From Parcubacteria group bacterium GW2011_GWA2_47_26 (GTDB taxonomy: Bacteria; Patescibacteriota; Patescibacteriia; GWA2-47-26): a DNA stretch of 52,776 nt. The notes under the pieces were generated by a model. That model did not search any database and was not told where the DNA came from. It saw nothing but the letters and a program-made list of their open reading frames with translations. Positions 16,848-24,481 of this stretch are shown here, piece after piece. The stretch covers positions 1 through 52,776 of the forward strand of contig LCOG01000008.1 of NCBI GenBank assembly GCA_001001705.1, given 5' to 3'. A program made the translations under genes and the position numbers. Within the stretch, counting starts at the first letter, position 1. The number at the start of each line of letters is the position of its first letter.

Positions 16848-16915
16848 AACACAGGGAAGAAAGAGAACACTTCTAACTTTTGCAAAACAAAATTAAAGGC
16901 GTTCTCTTTTTTCTC

Positions 16916-18076
16916 TTAGGGCAGCAGCTTCCTATACAATTGTTCAGTCTCATTAACGATTTTATCCCATTCAAAATATCGTTTGATAAAACCCAAGGCT
17001 AATTTGCCTTTCTCTTCAACTATTTCCGGGTGATTCAAAAGCGTCATCAGTTTTTCACAAAGATCTTCAGTGTTGCTTACCTCAAACGGAATGCCGGAAT
17101 GATCAATGGCCTCCAAATTTTCGGGGATATTAGAAATCAATACGCATTTTCCAAAACTCATGGCCTCAAGAATAGACAAAGACAGTCCTTCTGCTTCGGA
17201 AGGGTGAACATAAAGATAAGCATTGGCATAAAGCTCGTTTAGAACATCGCCAGTTTGGTAGCCAGTAAAAATAATGCGGTGATCTTCTTTAGCCAGCTCT
17301 TTCAAATATGTTTCGTAGTCATCGGTAAAACTCGGCGCGCCAACGATGGCCAGCTTCAACTCGCTCTTAAGCGTATCGGGAATATTTTTATAAGCTTCAA
17401 TCAAATAATGAATGCCCTTGTGTCGAATTAAACGCGCCACGGTTATAATATAGCGTCCTTTTTTAAGACCAAAACGCTGAAGATTTGTACTGCTCTCAAT
17501 TTTTTGCACTTTTACGCCATTGGGAATATATTTTATGGTTTTGCCATATTGTTTTTTGCAATATTTAACAATTGACCGTGAAACAGCAATTGTAGCATGC
17601 GGAATATGCACCGCTGTCCATTCTCCAAACTTTAGAATAAGGCGCGCAATCGCTCCCCATTTAGTATGAAAACGATCAATGGAATGAAAAGTTACGACAA
17701 TTTTAGCCCGTGTGAAAATACGCGGAAGCCAAGCCAGAAGTGCCGGACCTACGCCATGGAAGTGGATGATATCAAACCCTTTTGTGACTAGGTCACCGTG
17801 CGTTTGTGACCTAGTCACAAAAGGCAATACTACCTTAAGCGTCGCAAAAAATGTATAAGTGATCGTATCTAAATGTTTGGTTGGAATAGAAGGAACTCGT
17901 ACAATATGTATCCCTTGCCAAATATCATCTTTGGTCGCCACATAACGCGACCGCACATAAACCGTAACTTCGTGTCCGCGCTTAGCTAACCGCGTAGCTA
18001 GATCTTCAACATGACGCTCCACTCCCCCATCACGATAAAAGGGTACAGCCTTTTGACCAATAAAGGCAATTTTCAT
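16916..18076 (-). CDS. GT4-family (GT-B fold) glycosyltransferase
   Basis: N-terminal GGVERHVEDLATRLAKRGHEV and C-terminal EX7E region PSEAEGLSLSILEAMSFGKCVLISN. Confidence 0.85.
   Translation of the reverse strand: MKIAFIGQKAVPFYRDGGVERHVEDLATRLAKRGHEVTVYVRSRYVATKDDIWQGIHIVRVPSIPTKHLDTITYTFFATLKVVLPFVTRSQTHGDLVTKGFDIIHFHGVGPALLAWLPRIFTRAKIVVTFHSIDRFHTKWGAIARLILKFGEWTAVHIPHATIAVSRSIVKYCKKQYGKTIKYIPNGVKVQKIESSTNLQRFGLKKGRYIITVARLIRHKGIHYLIEAYKNIPDTLKSELKLAIVGAPSFTDDYETYLKELAKEDHRIIFTGYQTGDVLNELYANAYLYVHPSEAEGLSLSILEAMSFGKCVLISNIPENLEAIDHSGIPFEVSNTEDLCEKLMTLLNHPEIVEEKGKLALGFIKRYFEWDKIVNETEQLYRKLLP
17781..17821. repeat. CTAG-centred palindrome pair translated inside the GT4 gene
   Basis: TTTGTGACTAGGTCAC-cgtgcgttt-GTGACCTAGTCACAAA encodes FVTRSQTHGDLVTKG. 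Related GTGGCCTAGCCAC palindromes lie at 35962-35998. Confidence 0.7.
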
Positions 18077-18079
18077 AAT

Positions 18080-18919
18080 TTAAGGCCGAGAAAACTCAAA
18101 GTTTGAAAAATTCAGTATTGAGAAAACAGCTAAAATCCTAGTGATTATCCGTTCTATCATCAGACTCATCCTTGCAGAAATTACGCGTTTAAATAATTTA
18201 CTGACCGGATCAGTTTCGGTCTGATCGCTCAACGAGCCGCATCCCTGATCAGCGGGATAATCTACTCGCCCGTCGTTGTCATTATCATATCCGTCCGCGC
18301 AAGATGGAAGCACCTCCGGTCTAACTTCTGGCCCCAAAGGCATAACGGGCGCTTCAATAAGCGGCGGCTTTTCTCCTTCAATCGGGGGGAGTATGGCTTC
18401 TGGCGGAAGAGGCGGGGTCGGCCCGATAACAGGAGCGGGCTCTTCAATAGCATATAAAGCAGTCTTAGCCGAGGTAAATATATTTGTTCCTTCTCCGTCA
18501 TTGGCAAGTATTCGAACATTACGCACGTTCAGCGATACCGCACCGCTTCGCAATCCGCGGAAACGAATTTTGAATATCTCCCCCACCCCGGTAAACCCCG
18601 GAGCTGGTAGTCCGCCCGCAAATTCTACACGACCGGTTAATTTATTAAAGGCTGGCTCGCGCGCCCAAACCGTAATAAAAGAATTCGCGGAAGACAACGC
18701 AATGATCTCCACGCGTTCTTTAGGATAGACCATCACTCCTTCCAAAGCATTGATTGCTTGTTTTTGCGTATTAATTTTAACCGTTACTTCAAATTCATCA
18801 CCAACCTCTAGAGCACGAGTATTAGGATCAAAAGAAATAGTCGCCGCCGCTGATGCGCGCGCAAAAAATATCAGCGTAAAAACGCTTACTGCAACAATGC
18901 TTGCCGCGCGTCTAATCAT
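18080..18919 (-). CDS. secreted cohesin-like domain protein with Pro-rich linker and a CxDGxDNDxDG motif
   Basis: Signal-like MIRRAASIVAVSVFTLIFFARASA. Beta-rich domain ISFDPNTRALEVGDEFEVTVKINT...INALEGVMVYP...VEFAGGLP...IFKIRFRGLRSG. The start is set at 18919, which forms an ATGA overlap with the upstream stop. Confidence 0.55.
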   Translation of the reverse strand: MIRRAASIVAVSVFTLIFFARASAAATISFDPNTRALEVGDEFEVTVKINTQKQAINALEGVMVYPKERVEIIALSSANSFITVWAREPAFNKLTGRVEFAGGLPAPGFTGVGEIFKIRFRGLRSGAVSLNVRNVRILANDGEGTNIFTSAKTALYAIEEPAPVIGPTPPLPPEAILPPIEGEKPPLIEAPVMPLGPEVRPEVLPSCADGYDNDNDGRVDYPADQGCGSLSDQTETDPVSKLFKRVISARMSLMIERIITRILAVFSILNFSNFEFSRP

Positions 18920-19503
18920 AAAGACTTTGCTGGTGTCATGCGTTTTAGTCGCCATAATATAACGGCTAAAATAATCAATGCAAGCGCGGCAAATCCCGCA
19001 ATTCTCACTAGAACTAGAACGCCGGCCTTTGAAGGTTTGCCCTTTACTTCAAGACTAAAATCCGGCCGGATAATTTCTCCGCGCGTGCCCAAACCGTCAT
19101 TGAGATAAATTTCTGATTGCGGCGCCAGCGAAAGCGCATATGACCCGCGCGCGTTTATTTTAACCGCAACCTCAAGCAACACGGTACTACCCAACAATCC
19201 TCCGGGCACACCGCCCACTAATGATACGGTGCGCGCCGCTTCGTCGTATTTTGGCTCTTGAATCCAAATATTTACCGCAGAGTTTTCCTTGTTCAAACGA
19301 ACCAAGGAAAACTGCTCTGGCAAAGTAAAAGCTAGATTAAAAATATTTACGCGTTCTCCTTGGGTATCAACTCCGATTTTCAACGCGACCTCTTCGCCAA
19401 TCTGTACGGCATTTTTTTCCGCGCTAACTGTCAATACCGCCGCTTCGACATTAGACGGAAACATGAACAGCGCCACTATTATAAACAAAAATATTTTTAA
19501 CAC
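18916..19503 (-). CDS. cohesin-like domain protein with signal peptide and C-terminal TM anchor
   Basis: LTVSAEKNAVQIGEEVALKIGVDTQGERVNIFNLAFTLP...VSLVGGVPGG...LLEVAVKINARG, then the TM helix GVLVLVRIAGFAALALIILAVILW. Confidence 0.55.
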   Translation of the reverse strand: MLKIFLFIIVALFMFPSNVEAAVLTVSAEKNAVQIGEEVALKIGVDTQGERVNIFNLAFTLPEQFSLVRLNKENSAVNIWIQEPKYDEAARTVSLVGGVPGGLLGSTVLLEVAVKINARGSYALSLAPQSEIYLNDGLGTRGEIIRPDFSLEVKGKPSKAGVLVLVRIAGFAALALIILAVILWRLKRMTPAKSL

Positions 19504-19571
19504 AAAATTTTGGCTTAGCCTCGCCTAAAATCTAACAATTTCGCTGCGAAAATTATTAAGCAACAGGTCTA

Positions 19572-20711
19572 TTATCCTGTCCAATTGAATAGTAAAATAC
19601 TAAAATCTACAAGATCAACAATGTTATCTTGATTGATATCAACGCGAGGATTTGCTATGCCGTCTCCGGTCTGTTTCCAAAAAGCGAGCAAAATGCTAAT
19701 ATCCGCGAGATTAACCGCGTTATCAAAATTAATATCCGACCGCCTATATGTTGGCGCTCCCGGAATAGAAGAAGGGGTCGGGAGAATTGGGGAAATTGGA
19801 GGAGAAGGCGGAGTTGGAACAACCGGCGGAGTTGAAACCGCTGTAATAGTCAAAATCTGGGGCGCGCTCGTTTCGCTCTGATCTCCGTTTATTTGCGCTT
19901 TTGCGCGCAGAGTATAAGTTCCCGGATTTAACCTAGCAGTATCAATAGTCGTGGACCATGATCCCGTGCTTGCCGCTCTAGACACGCTCTCAATGACCGG
20001 GGGAATTTCTACTTTAACCGTACTGCCCGGAAAGGCAGTTCCACGCGCTGTAAATTTCGCGCCTTGAATCACGCTGGTTTCAGAAAGCTCAATTGTAGAG
20101 GGCAAAAAAATGTTTTCTATACCCGCTTGCTGAACTCCTAAAGGAATATTAAGCGTGTAAGTAATTAAAGGCGTACTGCGCCCCGCGCTGTCTTTGGCGA
20201 GCAAACCAAACGTGTAAGTATTACCGGAAGTTACCGCCTCAATAGAGCCGCTAAATGCGCCATCCGCTGCCGCACTGACTTGTTTGACAAGCGTCCCGTT
20301 CTTAAAAAATGAAATTGCCGCGGCAGGATAGGCGCGGCCGCTAAAAACCGTGTTTAGAGTAGTTGGCCCGGAAGTTACTGAACCGCCGGCCGAACCAGTC
20401 GTGCTAACCGTCGTACCGCCTACGGCCGGAGTTGGCGCAGCAACCGCGGCGGGAAACGTTAATGATCCGGCGTTAACCGTAAAACTTGAAGTAGTGGAAC
20501 GTCCAGTAGAAAGCTCGCCAACTACTCCATAAAGCCGATAAGAAGTTGAGCTCATCATAGCGCTTCCGGCGTCATTTACGACTGGATCAAGCACCTTAAA
20601 ATTTGGACTGGTAAATTCTGTCGCCTGAATACCAACAACAAAAAATCCTAAACTAAAAATCAGGAGTAGCACATAGAATATTCTGCTCATAAAAACTTTT
20701 CTTATTGTCAT
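19572..20711 (-). CDS. secreted Ig-like repeat protein with C-terminal dockerin-like module
   Basis: Signal or TM at the N-terminus and Thr/Ser/Gly-rich beta domains. The C-terminus carries duplicated Ca-loop segments DINFDNAVNLADISILL and DINQDNIVDLVDFSILL. Confidence 0.6.
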   Translation of the reverse strand: MTIRKVFMSRIFYVLLLIFSLGFFVVGIQATEFTSPNFKVLDPVVNDAGSAMMSSTSYRLYGVVGELSTGRSTTSSFTVNAGSLTFPAAVAAPTPAVGGTTVSTTGSAGGSVTSGPTTLNTVFSGRAYPAAAISFFKNGTLVKQVSAAADGAFSGSIEAVTSGNTYTFGLLAKDSAGRSTPLITYTLNIPLGVQQAGIENIFLPSTIELSETSVIQGAKFTARGTAFPGSTVKVEIPPVIESVSRAASTGSWSTTIDTARLNPGTYTLRAKAQINGDQSETSAPQILTITAVSTPPVVPTPPSPPISPILPTPSSIPGAPTYRRSDINFDNAVNLADISILLAFWKQTGDGIANPRVDINQDNIVDLVDFSILLFNWTG

Positions 20712-20744
20712 GACGAAACAGGCGTTTGTAATTCAAACTTCGTC

Positions 20745-23111
20745 TTATTCAGATTCGGCAGGCTCGCTACTGCTTTCAAGCGCGGCGATTTTGTCTTTCA
20801 CTTCTTGATTGTCAGCGGAAAGCTCAAGCACTTTCTTATACGCTTCAAGCGCGGCCGCAGTATCGCCTCGCTTCTCATAAATTGCCCCTAATGTAAAGTG
20901 CGCGTTCGCATAGCTTGAATTGCGGGCCAGAATTGCTTTTAAGATACTCTCGGACTTTTTTAAATCCTCGCCTTGCTTCCGGTTAAAATATAGCCGCGCA
21001 AGATTAAAGGCAACATCTAAATCGCCGCGCGCAAACTGTGCCGCTTGCTCGGCACGCTCAATAGCTTGATCAAAATTTTTGTCTCCCTCGGCCATCTGCG
21101 CTAGAATAAGGTACGCCGGCACATAATTGCGCTTAAGCGCAAGGGCTTTTTCAAAGTCAGCTTTAGCTTCCACGGTTTTTTTGTCATCGCGATAAATGAG
21201 GCCACGCGCAAGATAAAGCGCGGGGTTATTTGGTTCAAGCGCGAGCGCACTTACATACGCGTCAAGCGCCCATTGCGTTGCCTCCGGCGTAAGCGAGCGC
21301 ACTTGGGTATAAACTCCGCCTAACGTTTCCCAGGCCGCGGCAGAGCGAGGACTCAACTGTGTGGCGCGGCGCGCTTCTCCCACTGCGGCGCTGATTAACT
21401 GTCCCACTTTAGCTTTATTTGGCTCACTTGCGCCTGACTCAATAAGCGCGCTTTTAAACGCTCCTTGCGCCACTCCAATATGATATTCATAACGATTATT
21501 ATTCAAACGCAGAGCCCGCAAAAATAATGCCATGGCGCTATCGCTTCGATTTACGGCAAGCTCTTTAAGCCCCTTAGCATATAAATAATCCGCGGCGTAG
21601 AATCGTCCAAGATAAATGCCAAGCAGAGCAAGCGCCGCGATGGCAACCATTGCGCCAAATGAAGCGGCAAGCGACCATTGCGGCGAATTGCTATACGGCC
21701 GAACAAATTCGCGCGAAGCATGCGTGCCATAAAGTTCTCCAAGCAGAGCCAGAGAAGCTAGCAGTCCAAAAAAATATACCCACCCCACTGTCCCAAAAGG
21801 AATAAAAAACAAAAGCGCCAAAGTTAATAGCCACGCGCTTCCCACGGCTACAAAAAGCGAAGGAATAGAACGAGAACGCGGCTTCTCTTTTCCTCCTTTT
21901 GCTCCGGCCACGCTTTGAGCAACCAGACGAAATACGCCGAGTGCCAAGAATCCAGTAAAAACCCAAGCAATTATTCCAACTACTCCTACTCCCGCAGCCT
22001 GATGAACAATCTCGCTTGCGGGAGTATTGAACCGCACTGACCAGACAAAATTTTCATTAAACGAAACCGGACGATAAGCGGAAAAATCGTAGCCAAATGT
22101 ATTGGGGCCGCTTCCGATAAGCAGGCGGCCCACTCCTTCCTTAAGCATGCTCCACACAGTCTGCCAAGAAACGCTGTGCGTAAGGCTTACTTCAATGGGT
22201 GTTTCAACTGTAAGCAACGAGGGCGTGCCGAACACCGCAAACAATATAAAAATTATCCATAGCGCAAACCCAAAAGATATCAGGGTTAGACGAACCTTGG
22301 TAAAACGTATAAAACACGAAACCAAAAACAATCCGAGCGCCGCGGCGCTAACAATCATAAGACTGCGGTATCCTAGAGACACGATGGTTATAATAGAAAG
22401 CGCCACGGCGCCAGCCCAAAGACCTAGCCAGAGTGAGGAAAAACGCGCGTGATGACGTTCCGTCTCCGGTTCAATACTCGCCAAACGAGTCAACCCTATC
22501 AAAAGCGGAGGAAGCAATAGCATACTAAATCGGCTGTTAATCCCCTGAACCGTATTCCATGCTGGAAACACGCCGGGAAAATCAGCCAGACCAAACACTC
22601 GGCCCCAGTAATACAGCGTTGAAAGCCCGGCACCCGCGACTAAAAATCCCAAAAATCGCCGAACATGCCGCTCGCTTTCCATGTATTGCACCACAAGAAA
22701 AAAGAAAAGCAAATAAAACAGAATCGGCACGAATCCCCAACTTGTATTTCCGGAAAGCCCAAAAAAACTCGTAACGCGATCTTTGGAAAAAATGCTCGCC
22801 GCAAGAACCGCTATGCTTAAAATAATCAAAGGCATATCAAGAAATGTCCTTTTTACCGCGATTGTCCGCTCAACCATAACTTTGAATATCCAAGCCAGAG
22901 TACCAAGGCTTACCGTGGCGTAAAGAAGATACTGTTTATTGAACTCCAGCCATTCCGAGGTAAAAGGCAGGAAAAAAACAGGTATTAAAAAAATAAAAAC
23001 ATAAAGCGTGTTGCGGGTGATCACGGAAAGTATGCGACTGGTGGTCATAGAAATAGAGCTATTTAAGCAATTTTGAGCCTCATCACTAGCTTTATAATAC
23101 CATAAATACAA
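20745..23111 (-). CDS. polytopic membrane protein (O-antigen ligase/Wzy-like architecture) fused to C-terminal TPR repeats
   Basis: More than 10 TM helices followed by about 250 aa of TPR-like repeats (ALRLNNNRYEYHIGVAQG..., AKADFEKALALKRNYVPAYLILAQM..., ALEAYKKVLELSADN). The start is ambiguous; an alternative Met lies at 23048. Confidence 0.5.
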   Translation of the reverse strand: MYLWYYKASDEAQNCLNSSISMTTSRILSVITRNTLYVFIFLIPVFFLPFTSEWLEFNKQYLLYATVSLGTLAWIFKVMVERTIAVKRTFLDMPLIILSIAVLAASIFSKDRVTSFFGLSGNTSWGFVPILFYLLFFFLVVQYMESERHVRRFLGFLVAGAGLSTLYYWGRVFGLADFPGVFPAWNTVQGINSRFSMLLLPPLLIGLTRLASIEPETERHHARFSSLWLGLWAGAVALSIITIVSLGYRSLMIVSAAALGLFLVSCFIRFTKVRLTLISFGFALWIIFILFAVFGTPSLLTVETPIEVSLTHSVSWQTVWSMLKEGVGRLLIGSGPNTFGYDFSAYRPVSFNENFVWSVRFNTPASEIVHQAAGVGVVGIIAWVFTGFLALGVFRLVAQSVAGAKGGKEKPRSRSIPSLFVAVGSAWLLTLALLFFIPFGTVGWVYFFGLLASLALLGELYGTHASREFVRPYSNSPQWSLAASFGAMVAIAALALLGIYLGRFYAADYLYAKGLKELAVNRSDSAMALFLRALRLNNNRYEYHIGVAQGAFKSALIESGASEPNKAKVGQLISAAVGEARRATQLSPRSAAAWETLGGVYTQVRSLTPEATQWALDAYVSALALEPNNPALYLARGLIYRDDKKTVEAKADFEKALALKRNYVPAYLILAQMAEGDKNFDQAIERAEQAAQFARGDLDVAFNLARLYFNRKQGEDLKKSESILKAILARNSSYANAHFTLGAIYEKRGDTAAALEAYKKVLELSADNQEVKDKIAALESSSEPAESE

Positions 23112-23164
23112 GGATTAAAACCAATTATGCTGTGTATAACTCCTGCATGTATTCCAAGATATCC

Positions 23165-24337
23165 CTACACCTGAAACCCGTACCAAGCCTTCGCCTTTGA
23201 TGCGAAGTGAAATGAGATAAGGCTTGCGTCCTCTATACTCAACTCCTGCGCAAGGCGGTCAAGCGTATTTTGATCGCGTTCGGTTCCCTTTAGTTTTACT
23301 TCATACGCTTCTTTTTTCTTATCCCGCGTAACCAGAAAATCAATTTCCACTCCGGTCTTTTTCCGATAATAATTAAGCGCGACCCCTTGTGCGCGCAATT
23401 GGTGAAAAATCGCATTTTCAAATACTCGGCCAAATTCAACTTTGGCAATCTGCATAGCCAGTCCGCTGTCGCAGGCGTAAAATTTCGGCGCGCCGCGAAT
23501 TTCCACATCGCGACTGCGCGAATAAGGCCGTACCAAACTAATAAAATAAGTTCCTTCAAGAAATGCCAGATATTCTTTAAGTGTAAGGCGCGAAATTCCT
23601 AATTCCGCAGACAATTTGGAAATATCCAAACGACTGCCGATGCGCTCAAGCAGCAAAAGCATGAGATCGCGCACAATTTTATTATTGCGGAAATCACCCA
23701 GTTGAAGCACTTCCTTATTAAAATACGAGGAGAAAATATCGTTAAGCGCGTCGCGCTTTTCCGGCGCGGAAGATTTTGCCGCTACGCCGGGAAAACCTCC
23801 GAATTCCACATATTCTTTATATTGTGTTTGAAAATGCGTATAAAGCGACTCGCGCGTGATATAATCCGGCGGCACTTTAGCTGATTCGCCTTTGAGTGTA
23901 AGAAATTCTTCAAAATCAAGCGGATAGAGTTCATATAAATACTTGCGCCCAGCAAGCGATTCAGAAAATACGTTTTTAAGGTAAAAACTGGCTGAACCAG
24001 TAAGAAAGAATTTAATCGGATAATGGTCCGAAAGATATTTAACTATGGAGGGCATTGTCCGGACAAATTGTATCTCATCTAAAAATACATAGGAGCGCAT
24101 TTTTAGATTAAGACCAAGGGTTGAAAACTCATAGGCAATTGCCTCATAATCAATTTCTTCAAAATACTTTTGATGAAGCGGGTTTTCAAGATCAAGGAAT
24201 AACTTGTTATCAGAAGTAATACGCTCAAAAATCTGGCGCAAAAGTGTAGTTTTCTCGACGCGACGCATACCAGTTACCACGATTGCTTCGGGCGATTCTA
24301 GCCGCTCCAAATATAGGATGAAGTAGTTTACGCTCAA
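23165..24337 (-). CDS. AAA-type ATPase (AAA_14 plus DUF4143 architecture) with a degenerate Walker A
   Basis: VVTGMRRVEKTTLLRQ, then FLDEIQ (Walker B-like), then a C-terminal region typical of DUF4143. Walker A reads GMRRVEKT, with Glu where the conserved Gly is expected. The apparent start is TTG. Confidence 0.6.
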   Translation of the reverse strand: MSVNYFILYLERLESPEAIVVTGMRRVEKTTLLRQIFERITSDNKLFLDLENPLHQKYFEEIDYEAIAYEFSTLGLNLKMRSYVFLDEIQFVRTMPSIVKYLSDHYPIKFFLTGSASFYLKNVFSESLAGRKYLYELYPLDFEEFLTLKGESAKVPPDYITRESLYTHFQTQYKEYVEFGGFPGVAAKSSAPEKRDALNDIFSSYFNKEVLQLGDFRNNKIVRDLMLLLLERIGSRLDISKLSAELGISRLTLKEYLAFLEGTYFISLVRPYSRSRDVEIRGAPKFYACDSGLAMQIAKVEFGRVFENAIFHQLRAQGVALNYYRKKTGVEIDFLVTRDKKKEAYEVKLKGTERDQNTLDRLAQELSIEDASLISFHFASKAKAWYGFQV

Positions 24338-24481
24338 TCATATAATATAGTATACAAAAAGTCGGATATTTTGTCAAGTACTACTTTACATAAGATCCAA
24401 CTACCTCAAATGTATTGAAAAACGTAGATTCCCGCTTCCGCGGGAATGACAAAGTTTTGTTGTGTATCATTTCTCGACTAA

